A model generated the notes under the pieces. It was not told where the DNA came from, did no database searches, and saw only the letters and a list, made by a program, of their open reading frames with translations. Positions 42,906 to 52,859 of a DNA stretch of 64,000 bases are shown here, one piece after another. The stretch comes from Dehalococcoidia bacterium. Its GTDB lineage: Bacteria; Chloroflexota; Dehalococcoidia; Plut-88900. Location of the stretch: positions 2,784,001-2,848,000 of the forward strand of contig OZ240215.1 of the NCBI GenBank assembly GCA_965197585.1, read 5' to 3'. The stretch's first letter is position 1, and each line of letters starts with the position of its first letter. The position numbers and the translations under genes were made by a program.

Positions 42906-43630
42906 TATCCGGCCTTCTCTTCGAGGATAATTCGTGCATCGACAGCGGTGAGGCCGTCCTTGTAGGCGAAGATGGGGTTGAGGTCGATCTCCTTAATCTC
43001 GTCGTGCTGCTGAACGAACTCGGAGAGCTTGAGGAGGGTGTCTTCGAGCTTCTCGATATCGGCGGGCTCCTGGCCTCGGTAACCGTTGAGGACTGGGAAG
43101 CCCTTGATTTCGTGGATCATGCTGCGGGCGTCCCGGCGGGTGAGGGGGACGATGCGGAAGGCGACGTCCTTGAGGATTTCGACCATGATGCCGCCGAGGC
43201 CGAACATGAGGACGGGCCCGAACTGGGAGTCCTTGGACATGCCGATGATGACCTCCGTGCCGGGGCGGGCCATGCCCTGTACGGATACGCCTTCGATGAC
43301 GGCGCCGGGCTGGTTGGCGTTAATGGAGGCGACGATGTCGTCGTAGGCCGCGGCGGTCTCGGCGGCGTCCTTGAGGCCGAGCTTCACACCGCCCATGTCG
43401 CTCTTGTGAACGACGTCTGGGGAGATAACCTTGAGTACGACGGGATAGCCGATGCTCCCGGCCTGATCGACGGCCTCTTCCTTAGAGGTGGCGAGGGTGG
43501 CCTGGGTAGTCTCGATGCCGGCGTCGCGAAGCACCTGCTTGGACTCGACTTCGTTGAGGAAAATGCGGCCTGCGTCACGGGCCTGGTGCAGAGTCTGGTT
43601 CTCCTCTGGCGAATGTTCCACTCTGGTCAT
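42905..43630 (-). CDS. NDP-forming acyl-CoA synthetase, ATP-grasp beta subunit
   Basis: GYPVVLK...HKSDMGGV, FGPVLMFGLGG, EIDLNP, VDARI. Confidence 0.9.
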   Translation of the reverse strand: MTRVEHSPEENQTLHQARDAGRIFLNEVESKQVLRDAGIETTQATLATSKEEAVDQAGSIGYPVVLKVISPDVVHKSDMGGVKLGLKDAAETAAAYDDIVASINANQPGAVIEGVSVQGMARPGTEVIIGMSKDSQFGPVLMFGLGGIMVEILKDVAFRIVPLTRRDARSMIHEIKGFPVLNGYRGQEPADIEKLEDTLLKLSEFVQQHDEIKEIDLNPIFAYKDGLTAVDARIILEEKAG

Positions 43631-43662
43631 GGGGGTGTCCTCCTAAGGCTATGCCGTCGGAG

Positions 43663-43692
43663 AGGATAGCAATGGGGTTGGTCGGGTGTCAA
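43663..43692 (-). promoter_or_regulatory. sigma70-like promoter for the acyl-CoA synthetase operon
   Basis: TTGACA-18-TATCCT; AGGAGG RBS downstream. Confidence 0.55.
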
Positions 43693-43750
43693 CGCGGGGG
43701 AGGGGTTATTCAGTTGGGGTTGGGTTTTGCTTGATTTGTTTGGGAGGGGG

Positions 43751-44154
43751 CAGGCGATGGAAGGTCCGTGACTAGAAACCAGGCCGGGGGTTGCTGCCGG
43801 GCCGTCGGCACCGGGCTGGATTATCCCCACACGTTGTCGGCTGTGGTCAGGGTTGTGTGGGGCAGATCCCAATTCGTGAGCGGCACATGACCGGACCGCT
43901 GACGTGGAAGATGCCGCCTGAGGCGGTCTTTCAGAACCGGCGTCCCGGTGCATCCGCCGGGTAGACGGGTGGCAGGGACGGCGGGACAAACAAGGACACG
44001 AGGGCCTTGCTAAACCGGGGGTCGGTTGACCTACCGGGAAAACCGGCGCGCAATGGGCCGGGGTAAACGCACCCGATAATGGGGAGCGTTGAATCGGCAG
44101 GGGCGTCGTTGGACCGGGTCTGCCGAGCATAGTCTGTGGGCCTTCCATCGCCTG
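43751..44154 (+). ncRNA. Unidentified ~400-nt structured RNA, or MITE encoding one
   Basis: Paired termini, about ten internal helices, G-U wobbles favouring the + strand, no credible ORF. Confidence 0.55.
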
Positions 44155-45195
44155 GGTGGGGGAAGGGATAGCCGGGGCCTTTGGTATGAGGAGATGGCGG
44201 CTTTCGCTTGAGCCGTGGAGCGGCGTGTGGGCCGCCCTTTGGGATGGGCTTGGACGTTGAGTCCTCGGGGCCGGGGCTGGGATTCCCCCTGGGTTGTGGT
44301 TCCTCCTTGAGATAGTTAGATTGGTGTTCGAACGGTGGGGATAGTAGCACGGGTGTTCAGGTAGGGTCAAGGGGTTCGTGTCACTCGCCGAGGCGAGTCT
44401 TCGACCCCAACCCCAGTGAAAGGAGAGGGGGGTGGGGTGGGGGGAGGAAATTAACGGGGTTGGTCGGGTGTCAATGCGGGGGAGGTTGACATACTACTAT
44501 CGAAGGGTTCACGGAAAATCAATGGGAATCGGCCTTGTGTCTGATTGTTTGCGGGAGCTAGGCACGATGTTTGATTGTATGTTCTCTGCTGGATTTTTCT
44601 CCAGCCTCGTGCTTCGACTCGCAAGAGGCTGACTTAGCACGAGGGATCCCGCGCGTGGAATTAATTGCCGTGTGAAACACAGTATTACTGAAGTATTGAG
44701 ATGGATTCACGCTCTGGAGTGGGGATGACGGTGGAAAGGAGTGGTGAACGGGCATTTAGCTTCTGTTTTATGACGGCCGACTCACTGTCTAAAACAAGGT
44801 GGGCTGTATGTCGCCTGTGCTGAATATTGCCCCATCACCATACCTAGGTCTACCTTCGGTAAATGATCCCGCTCGCAAAAGCGGGGCTTTGAGTTAGAAA
44901 GGACGTTCTTACAGATAGTACTTGTGCCGTTGCCGCGGAGCTTATCCCTGATATCACCAAGTCAATTGCGCTGATGTTGCTCAAAGAGAAATGAAACTCT
45001 AAAATAACGGTCATCAGAAAAGCATGTACCACAGAGTTCATGGATTCCATGTCAACTTTGAAGGAATCCGAATGCCAAAACCAAAGTGCTACAATTGAGA
45101 CAAGCGAAGTTTTTGAAAGGGGGGTATGACATTCAAAGCTTGAAGTTTTGGGTGCACTGTGATAGAAGTTGCGACATCAATTGAGGAGGGTAGTG

Positions 45196-45417
45196 ATGGC
45201 TGACGCAGATAAAGAAGTTGACGTAGGTAAAGGAAAGGATGTGGCTGACTATTATCTCAGAACGTTGGAACGAATCCAAAAGCAATATCAGCAGTACTTA
45301 GAGGTTAGCGAACTTTATAAATTGCCCACTCAGAGGAAAAGCAAGACACTTCAGTACGTGGATCCTACTCTAGATCATCCCTTGACCGTCAATACACTCC
45401 GAATCGAGCAAAGTTAG
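45196..45417 (+). CDS. Small hypothetical protein
   Basis: GAGGAGG RBS; ends 6 bp before the Clp-fold protease gene. Confidence 0.65.
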   Translation: MADADKEVDVGKGKDVADYYLRTLERIQKQYQQYLEVSELYKLPTQRKSKTLQYVDPTLDHPLTVNTLRIEQS

Positions 45418-45423
45418 AACGCT

Positions 45424-46383
45424 ATGCCATCGTGGAGTGAGCTCCTAGTCAGTTTAAAAAAACAGAAAGTTCCTAACTGGCTAGACAAGAAATTGTATGA
45501 GTACTTAAACGCGATCTCAAAGCGTCGTGGTCATGCAACCGTGATCTTCTACGCTTCGGCTTTCTTACAAAAGACAAACGAGGGAATTTCGATAACCAGG
45601 GAAGATATCAATGGATTTATGAACGCCCTTTATAAGGCTTCCACAGACAAGGGTTTGGTGTTGATACTTCACACTCCTGGAGGAGATCCCAATGCCGTCG
45701 AAAGCATTGTTGAGTACCTACATTCCAAGTTCAACAAAATAGAAGTCGTTGTGCCGTACCTTGCCATGTCAGGTGGTGCGATGATCAGTTTGGCAAGCGA
45801 TCTACTGATCCTTGGGCGACAAAGCCAACTCGGACCCATTGATCCACAGTTCCGCTTTGAAGACAAAGTGCACTCAGCCAGAGCTATTCAAGAGGGTTTC
45901 GCGAAGGCTAGAGAAGACATAAAGGAGGACACAAGGCTCGCCCATCTCTGGGCACCCATCCTGCAGAACATGGGGCCATCGCTTGTTCTGGAGGCGGAAA
46001 AGGCTCTGGCATACAGTAAGGAACTGGTAGTAGGGTGGCTGAATAAAAGGATGCTAAAGGATCAGAAGGACGAGAACGAGAGGAAGAGACAGGCTGATAC
46101 CATTGCAGCATACTTCAATGCTGAGAATACTCCTGAACACGGCCAAATACATACTCATGGCCAAAGAATTGGAGCGGAGCAACTGAAGAGGCTGGGGGTA
46201 AAATTACAAACACTAGAAGCTGATCAAGATTTGCAAAGTGAAGTCCTAGCCGCGTACCACTTAATGACTCTGATTTTTGAAACCACTGCTTCGCTTAAGT
46301 TCATCGCCAGTAATCAAGGCAGAATGTGGGCGAAACAAGAACGCCAACCTCTTCTGCCATCTGTGCCTACACCCCCTCAATAG
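45424..46383 (+). CDS. SDH-family / ClpP-fold serine peptidase
   Basis: LILHTPGG, AMSGGAMI, LGPIDPQ, THG. Confidence 0.85.
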   Translation: MPSWSELLVSLKKQKVPNWLDKKLYEYLNAISKRRGHATVIFYASAFLQKTNEGISITREDINGFMNALYKASTDKGLVLILHTPGGDPNAVESIVEYLHSKFNKIEVVVPYLAMSGGAMISLASDLLILGRQSQLGPIDPQFRFEDKVHSARAIQEGFAKAREDIKEDTRLAHLWAPILQNMGPSLVLEAEKALAYSKELVVGWLNKRMLKDQKDENERKRQADTIAAYFNAENTPEHGQIHTHGQRIGAEQLKRLGVKLQTLEADQDLQSEVLAAYHLMTLIFETTASLKFIASNQGRMWAKQERQPLLPSVPTPPQ

Positions 46384-46661
46384 GGCACTTATTCTGACTT
46401 TTATCCACTGTATTTGAGATTTTGTACACTGTTGATAAACTCTACCGCCTTACGATCTTGCCTGCGCATAAGACCAATTGCCTATATCCGAAGAGATGAC
46501 TAGCCCATCCCGTAATTTGTGGGACAACCATCCACTAGGCATAGATTAAGCTTGGCGAAATAGTATCTCTCAAATTTGGGAATGGTTTGGGCAAAGTCCA
46601 TGCTACCGCACTTTCTTGGCCCTAACTCCCAATTACAACCGATAGGTTCCCTAGGAGGGGG

Positions 46662-48032
46662 CTAGGGGGTCCAGACCCGGGTGGCGGGTTGGAAGGCGGC
46701 CCAGGCGAACCAGAAGTGGTTGCCGTGGACTATGGGGGTTAGGGTCTCGCCGGTCAGGGGGCCGTCGACGGCACGGCCGAGAACGTTCCAAGTCGAGCCG
46801 GTCTCTTCGTCGCTGAAGGCGCCTGAGTCGGGGCGGAAGGTGAGGGTCTGGTCGCTGAGACGCCTGTCGTAGACGCCGGTGGCGCCCACATCTCGGGAGG
46901 CGGCTATGACACTGCCGTCCAGCGCCGAGGTGGTGCCCGGCGAGAAGAAGACCACTACCGGCGTCCCACCTAGGTCGTCGTTGACGACGGGGGTCTCCTC
47001 CAGCCTGAGGAAGGGGTAAGCCACCGACTCACCGCCAAGCTCCACAGCCGCCACACGCTCCACGGGGCGGAGGCGCTCGTCCTCAGGGCCGACGAACAGG
47101 AAGGGCGAGGAGTCGATATCGTCGTAGCCGGTGTAGGGGTTGCGCCCGTACTCGCGGGTGAAGCCCGTGTCCCGGGTGAGGACCTGGCCGTCCGGGTAGT
47201 TCTGGCGGAAGTCAGCCCAGGAGATGATCGACGCAGGGACCTTGGGGAGCCGGGCACCGGTCAGCTCGCCGACGATAGCCTCGCCGAGAATCTGCTGCCA
47301 CCAACTGTCGGTGGCGCGGTCGTACATGATGAGGTCGCTGTAGCGGAGGAGGCCGCTGACGCCGAAGGAGTTGACGGTGTCGCCCATGCGGCGTTCGAAG
47401 ACGATGGCGGAGTTGCAGAGGGGGCAGAAGGTGACGATGACAGGCTCTCCGCCGACGATGTCGTTGACGATCTCGTGCCAGGTCATGATCTGGAGTGGGT
47501 ATGCGCGGGCGTCGTCGCCGATTTGGAGGGCGATAACGGGCTCCCGATCGGCGAGCCAGTCGGGGTCGTCGGACACGGGTGCGAACTTGGGGTTGTCGAT
47601 GGACGGGATGCCGTCCCGGACCTGGCCCAGAAGGATTTCCGTGTAGTCGATGGAGTGCTTGGAGAAATCGGTGCGCCAGGGATTCCTGCCAGTGGGGTCG
47701 GATTGAGCGAAGTAGGCGGCAGGGTCGAATTCGGGAGTGGGGACAGGGGTTGGCGTTTCCAAGAATAGGATAGGGAAGGGGGACTGGAGGGGGGTCTGGA
47801 GGTCGAGCTGAGGCCAGGGCTGGTCGGGGGCCGGGGGGATGGGGGTGGGGGAATCGCCCTCACCTGTTGGGGGAGACCACTCGGATTCTCCGGGTTGGTG
47901 GGTGGGGAGGGGGTCACCGTCACCCTGCCCCTCTTCCGTCGAGGGAGAGGGGGTGTTGCCGCCGCAGGCGGCGATGACAAGGATGGCTATGAGGAGGGCG
48001 GTTAGGGGGAGTAGGAGTTTGGTCTTTGACAT
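46662..48032 (-). CDS. DUF3179 domain lipoprotein
   Basis: IAAC lipobox; DGIPSID, WHEIVND, TFCPLC, FWFAWAAF. Confidence 0.88.
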   Translation of the reverse strand: MSKTKLLLPLTALLIAILVIAACGGNTPSPSTEEGQGDGDPLPTHQPGESEWSPPTGEGDSPTPIPPAPDQPWPQLDLQTPLQSPFPILFLETPTPVPTPEFDPAAYFAQSDPTGRNPWRTDFSKHSIDYTEILLGQVRDGIPSIDNPKFAPVSDDPDWLADREPVIALQIGDDARAYPLQIMTWHEIVNDIVGGEPVIVTFCPLCNSAIVFERRMGDTVNSFGVSGLLRYSDLIMYDRATDSWWQQILGEAIVGELTGARLPKVPASIISWADFRQNYPDGQVLTRDTGFTREYGRNPYTGYDDIDSSPFLFVGPEDERLRPVERVAAVELGGESVAYPFLRLEETPVVNDDLGGTPVVVFFSPGTTSALDGSVIAASRDVGATGVYDRRLSDQTLTFRPDSGAFSDEETGSTWNVLGRAVDGPLTGETLTPIVHGNHFWFAWAAFQPATRVWTP

Positions 48033-48128
48033 AGTGCGGGATAGGTATTGCGGTGCGTGTGCTTTGGACGGTCGCCTTAGATCCCTCGCGGGGCCTCGGG
48101 ATGACACATAAAGAGACGTGAGAGGGAG

Positions 48129-48752
48129 CTAGTTTTCTATGGCTAGGAGGGCGCGTTCGCGGATGCCTTCGTGGGTGTCGAAGCCGAGCTTTCGGTCGAC
48201 GATGACGCCGTTGATGTCGATGTAGTAGGTGGTGGGCATGGCGAGGACCTGGTAGGCCTTGACGATCTGGTCGTCCTTGGGGAGGTAGAGGAGGGGGTAG
48301 GTGACGCCACGGGCCACGGCGAAGGGGTCGCCCTGGGAGACGGTCTCCTGGTTGTTTACGCCAAGGATTACAAGCTCGTCGCTGAACTCCTGGCCGACAG
48401 CCTCGAGGTCGGGCATCTCTTCGAGGCAGAAGTTGCACCAACTGGCCCAGAAGTTGACTACCACGGCCTTCTCGCCGAGGAAGGAGTCGAGGCTGACGAC
48501 TTCGCCGTCGGAGTTGGTGAGCATGAAGTTGGGTGCGGCGTCTCCGACGTCGGTGCCGACCTCGTAATCACCCTCGGCGAGGTTGGTGTTGTCAGCGGTG
48601 CCGAGCATGACCATGGAGCCGTCCTCGTTCATGACGGATGGCTCCGAGGCGAAGGGGTTGTTGAGAGAGATGACGATGGCCGCTATACCGGCCAGGCCGA
48701 GGGCGAAGATTATCCTCTTCTGAAGCTGGGTGAGTGCTTTTAAGTCCAACAT
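48129..48752 (-). CDS. TlpA/ResA-like thiol-disulfide oxidoreductase
   Basis: NFWASWCNFC, cis-Pro MPTT, N-terminal TM segment. Confidence 0.9.
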   Translation of the reverse strand: MLDLKALTQLQKRIIFALGLAGIAAIVISLNNPFASEPSVMNEDGSMVMLGTADNTNLAEGDYEVGTDVGDAAPNFMLTNSDGEVVSLDSFLGEKAVVVNFWASWCNFCLEEMPDLEAVGQEFSDELVILGVNNQETVSQGDPFAVARGVTYPLLYLPKDDQIVKAYQVLAMPTTYYIDINGVIVDRKLGFDTHEGIRERALLAIEN

Positions 48753-49096
48753 ATCTCTACATCAATGATAACGTACGAGGGTCGGGGGAGATAGGGGCGG
48801 GGGGAGATAGGGGCGGGGGAAAGAATAGAGAACGAGTGAAGCGTAAACGCTTCGAAAAAATTCCTTGATGCGAGAAAATCAATTGCCCCGTCGTTTTTTG
48901 GCGAGCATAAAATGTTTAGACTTTTGTAATCCCGCACAATTTTTTCATCAACGATAATATTTTCTAATGGCGTATGAGCCTTGTTAAATCTTTCTCCCTG
49001 AAAGTTGACGCCTCCGGGGTTATACATGGTAGTTTTGCACGGACAGCCTAACGTGGCTAGGTCGGGAAGAGATTACCTAGGGAGGTAGGCCAATGG

Positions 49097-49429
49097 GTGA
49101 AAGAAGAGGTAGTGATGCGTGGAAGAAGAGGTAGTGATGCGTGGAAGAAGAGAACGCAGCTTGCGCAGGACATCAAAGGGTTGATAGATATCATTCTTAA
49201 ACACTATGACTCTGAAATATATGAGGGCTTGGGCGTTGTTATGCGGCTTGATGGACAACAAATAGACCTGAAGCATGGAGAAGAATATTCGTGGCAACCA
49301 ACCAATTCTCGGAATGAAGGAGGTGTTCTGAAGATTGACTACATGAAGAAAATCGACGTAAAGAAGCGTAGTCAGCAGGTAAAAGACGAAAGCGGCATGT
49401 TGCTTGATTTGCATGACCGTATCATATAG
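49097..49429 (+). CDS. Hypothetical protein (low GC; start uncertain)
   Basis: Open frame with RBS-like motifs; 22-bp tandem duplication at the 5' end. Confidence 0.45.
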   Translation: MKEEVVMRGRRGSDAWKKRTQLAQDIKGLIDIILKHYDSEIYEGLGVVMRLDGQQIDLKHGEEYSWQPTNSRNEGGVLKIDYMKKIDVKKRSQQVKDESGMLLDLHDRII

Positions 49430-49660
49430 CAACCGATCATGTCGCATCCTAATTCTGTGTGTTGGGCTGCTCAGGCTGAGGTAGTGAAGATAGAAATCAC
49501 TCTTTCCTTAGCCTTTTCACATCTAAGACGCACCTACAATTCATCGAGGAAGAGGGGACAGGCCATCCGAATGCCACAGGCTGTGTCCAAGCTGAAGACG
49601 GCAAGTATGATAGCCACTATTTCGGCTAGCTTTGCTTACGTGTGTCCAATTTGTCCCGCA

Positions 49661-51190
49661 CTAATCACAAAACGAGTTCATAGCAACTAATAACGGGATC
49701 TGACCATCAAGGAGGTAGCGTGTGTGTAGATTGAGGTATCGTGTGTACAGATTATAGAATTCCTCAATGGCATCTAGGTCGCGTCTGTCAATTTCTCGCA
49801 CCAATAAGTCAGTTACTGTCAAGGCTCTATTAACCATCGATTCAGCAGCTGTTCTTATACTTGCAGCCGAGTTTGGCGTGTCAAGAGCCAGTATACCCTC
49901 TGCGTCCCTATCCAGTACGGGCAATATAACAGCCACTCTCCTGGTCCAGGAGTCATCAGACATTAATGATGGGTTGTCGTGCGCTTCTGTCATCAAGTTA
50001 AGCAGGGACGACATGCCTAAATTTATGTTGTCTGAGTAGTCACGCTGTGCATTGATATATGCCAGTTCCCTAGCTGTGGGACAATTGATAATCAAGCGGG
50101 ACTTCCAATCGGCGGCATCATCCGCGATAGCGGAATAGGGAACAGCATAGTACGTCCTGTCCGTAACCTTAGACCCCCCAGTGTTGACTCCCACGACATT
50201 CCCCTCCGTGGAGAAGAGGGGACCTCCGCTGCTGCCCGGATTCAGGGGTGCATCGTGGCTAATGTATCCGAGTACGGCACCCGTGCGATCATATTTGACT
50301 TGACCCAACGTGGCAGAGACCCTGCTTGATGAACTGCGATGGTATCCAACTGCCACCACTTGGTCACCTGTCTGGACGGAGGCGTCTGAGTCCCATGCCA
50401 GGGCAGTGAAATAGGGACTGCAGCATATGGACAAGACGGCAACGTCCTTGTCCGAATCGTAACCCAGGAGGGTGGCTTTATAGGTCAGGGTGCTCTTCAC
50501 TCGCACATCGATTGCGTCTTCGTCCTCTATAACGTGATGGTTGGTAACAACGAAGGCGGTATATCCTTCAGTATCAAAGATGAATCCTGAACCCCCTTTA
50601 CGCCCCGCGGTTACCCTGACCACTCCATCCTCAACCCGTCTAACCAAGTCGGCGGGGGTAGGAGGTACAACAGGAGTGGGAGAGGGTGTGGGCGTAGGGG
50701 TAGGAGTGGGGGTTGGTGTGGGTGTCGGTTTAGGGGTGGGAGTAGGCGTAGGAACAGGGGTGGGTGTCGGGGTAGGAACAGGGGTGGGTGTCGGGGTAGG
50801 AATAGGGACGGGAGTGGGCGTAGGAGTGGGAACAGGTGTAGGAGTGGGAACAGGTGTAGGAGTGGGAACAGGTGTAGGAGTGGGAACAGGTGTAGGAGTG
50901 GGAATAGGAGTAGGAGTGGGAATAGGTGTAGGAACAGGTGTGGGCGCAGGGATAGGGGTGGGTGATGGCGCAGGTGTAGGCGATGGCAGGGCTGTAGCAG
51001 TCGGGGTGGGGCTTTGAGTGAGTGTTGGCGTTGGGGCAGCAGTGGCGGTGGGTTCAGGGGTGGGGCTGGGAGCAGCGGTAGGCTCGGGTTGGGTGCAGGC
51101 CACGGCAACAATAGCGGCCACACATACGAGCATAGCCGCCATCCATACGCCTCTAAAGACCAATGACCTTTTGTCCATGCCAAGCCACAC
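49661..51190 (-). CDS. Trypsin-like (S1C) serine protease lipoprotein with long Pro/Thr stalk
   Basis: AVAC lipobox; [18 protein letters not shown]. Confidence 0.88.
   Translation of the reverse strand: MWLGMDKRSLVFRGVWMAAMLVCVAAIVAVACTQPEPTAAPSPTPEPTATAAPTPTLTQSPTPTATALPSPTPAPSPTPIPAPTPVPTPIPTPTPIPTPTPVPTPTPVPTPTPVPTPTPVPTPTPTPVPIPTPTPTPVPTPTPTPVPTPTPTPKPTPTPTPTPTPTPTPSPTPVVPPTPADLVRRVEDGVVRVTAGRKGGSGFIFDTEGYTAFVVTNHHVIEDEDAIDVRVKSTLTYKATLLGYDSDKDVAVLSICCSPYFTALAWDSDASVQTGDQVVAVGYHRSSSSRVSATLGQVKYDRTGAVLGYISHDAPLNPGSSGGPLFSTEGNVVGVNTGGSKVTDRTYYAVPYSAIADDAADWKSRLIINCPTARELAYINAQRDYSDNINLGMSSLLNLMTEAHDNPSLMSDDSWTRRVAVILPVLDRDAEGILALDTPNSAASIRTAAESMVNRALTVTDLLVREIDRRDLDAIEEFYNLYTRYLNLHTRYLLDGQIPLLVAMNSFCD
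50821..50928. repeat. 18-bp coding tandem repeat
   Basis: TAGGAGTGGGAACAGGTG, four perfect copies plus two variants. Confidence 0.9.
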
Positions 51191-51371
51191 CTACAATCCC
51201 TGAATTGAACCCGGATTCGCTATTCTGTCATCTTGTGTTTGGCGGCGCAAATCGGGGGTGGGGTAAGTAGGAGCGGGGCTGTGTAAAAATTATTGACGAG
51301 TCAGTGTTATACTGGTTACACTGCCACTCTGCGCTTATATTTTGAACCAATAATTAAAGGAAGGGGTTGGC

Positions 51372-51716
51372 ATGAATGCCAAGGTTAGCTCCTTTTCTAT
51401 ACCGATTGCTTTGACAACTAACTTTCGGAATGACCTGTGGACGTGTTCGCCCGACGGCATTGGATTGATCGTACAGGGGTCCACGGAGGATGAGGCAATA
51501 GAGAAAGCCCTAGAAGGGCTGGCCCTTTTGTTGGATGACCTTGTGGAGCGGGGTATAGACCTATACGACTACTTCACCCGGCGCAAATTCAACATAACTC
51601 GCAATACCCCGGTTGCTTTCGCCCATCCTACCCCGACGTTCTGGTTCGATGAGTGGAACCCGGCTCAAGATCGGAAAGTTCACAATGGCAAAGGACACTT
51701 CCTCGTACCCGCCTGA
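51372..51716 (+). CDS. HicB-like antitoxin
   Basis: VQGSTEDEAIEKALEGLALLL. Confidence 0.6.
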   Translation: MNAKVSSFSIPIALTTNFRNDLWTCSPDGIGLIVQGSTEDEAIEKALEGLALLLDDLVERGIDLYDYFTRRKFNITRNTPVAFAHPTPTFWFDEWNPAQDRKVHNGKGHFLVPA

Positions 51717-51957
51717 CTGCTTACCTCTAGACCCAATAGAGAATGTGAAGGCAGCCCTGTGGCAGTTGGGATATAGAGAAAAAGAGAGAAGTGGCGTCAA
51801 CGTTAGTGTCCTGACGTTTTTCGATCCTAATCACCCTAATTCCTCCATAACTTTCGACTCCGACATGACACACATCAGCCGTGATGAACTTGTCAGTGTA
51901 CTGGAGGATGGGGGAATTAACTCTGACACCTTCTTTGCTCACTATGAGTCACTTTAG
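51685..51957 (+). CDS. HicA-like putative toxin
   Basis: ALWQLGYRE...LVSVLEDGGINSDTF; overlaps the HicB-like gene. Confidence 0.5.
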   Translation: MAKDTSSYPPDCLPLDPIENVKAALWQLGYREKERSGVNVSVLTFFDPNHPNSSITFDSDMTHISRDELVSVLEDGGINSDTFFAHYESL

Positions 51958-52083
51958 GCCCCAATTTACCCTTTGATAGCCTCGGGTCGAGAGCGATGAC
52001 GTTTTGCGGTGGGTGAGATATAATATCCTTCGCTTTTGGAGGGCGGTTATAGCCCTTAGTCGAAGAAAGGGGGTGGGGTACGG

Positions 52084-52368
52084 ATGGCGAAGAAGTTGAA
52101 CGTCGAGGTCGAATACTGCACACTGTGAAACTACCTCCCCGAAGCCGTCAGTCTGACGGAAGAGGTGATGAGGGAGTACGATTACGACATCGAGACCTTC
52201 AAGATCATTACTGCCTCGCAGGGCAAGTTCGAGGTGAGGATCGACGGTGAGCTGGTGTTCTCCAAGCTGGAGACAGGCCGGTTCCCGAGCAACGAAGAGA
52301 TAAAGGAAACGATCAAGGCCCGTCTGCCGGAGGAGGCAACTCCTTTCCTGTTCGGGTCTAGAAGCTAA
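52084..52368 (+). CDS. SelT/SelW/SelH (Rdx) family selenoprotein, CxxU
   Basis: VEYCTL-TGA(52126-52128)-NY...GKFEVRIDGELVFSKLETGRFP. Confidence 0.88.
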
Positions 52369-52384
52369 GTCAAAACTCGAAATC

Positions 52385-52667
52385 ATCGGCGAAGACGGAG
52401 ACGAATAGGGGCACGTAGCTGTGGTTAGCGAGCCTGGTCCGGTGAAAGCAGGCCCGGAGCCCGGCCCCGAAAATCCCTCCCGAGCCGCCACCCGAAACCC
52501 GCATTAGGCGGTCGGTAGGCGTGGCCGGAGTCGCTCCACGTTGAAGGGGCGAGGGCATCGGCCTTGTATTCTTGGCTCGTGTCCTGATGAGAAGGTCCGC
52601 CGCAGGCGGGCAATTAGGGTGGTACCGCGGGTTGTATCCCGTCCCTGTAGGGGCGGGATTTTTTGTT
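52385..52667 (+). promoter_or_regulatory. T-box riboswitch (Ile) with intrinsic terminator
   Basis: AATTAGGGTGGTACCGCG at 52612-52629; specifier ATC at 52473-52475; terminator hairpin plus T-tract at 52636-52667; lies upstream of ileS. Confidence 0.9.
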
Positions 52668-52859
52668 GGGTGGGAAGGGGGAGGGCGACCGTGACGGATT
52701 GGCAATGCGGGGCCACACCACGCTCGACCCCTCGACCCTGCTCAGGGTGAGCGGCCCCTCTACCCCGGGGAAGGCGACCAGCCGGTCGCCCCTACGGGCG
52801 TGGGAGGGAGAGGACGGATGGGATGGGGTGGCGAAAAAGGTGACAGGTTTACTTGGTGA

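Noticed and set aside
43751-44154. Group I intron (GACTA/TAGTC resembles P7) or cobalamin riboswitch
   Set aside because: Intergenic with no host exon; other core motifs and the B12 box are not evident.
43627-44370. 247-aa and 139-aa - strand ORFs over the structured element
   Set aside because: Pro/Arg/Ser-rich low-information translations with no RBS-start pairing and no recognisable motifs.
49101-49144. 22-bp tandem duplication
   Set aside because: Two copies only; most likely replication slippage.
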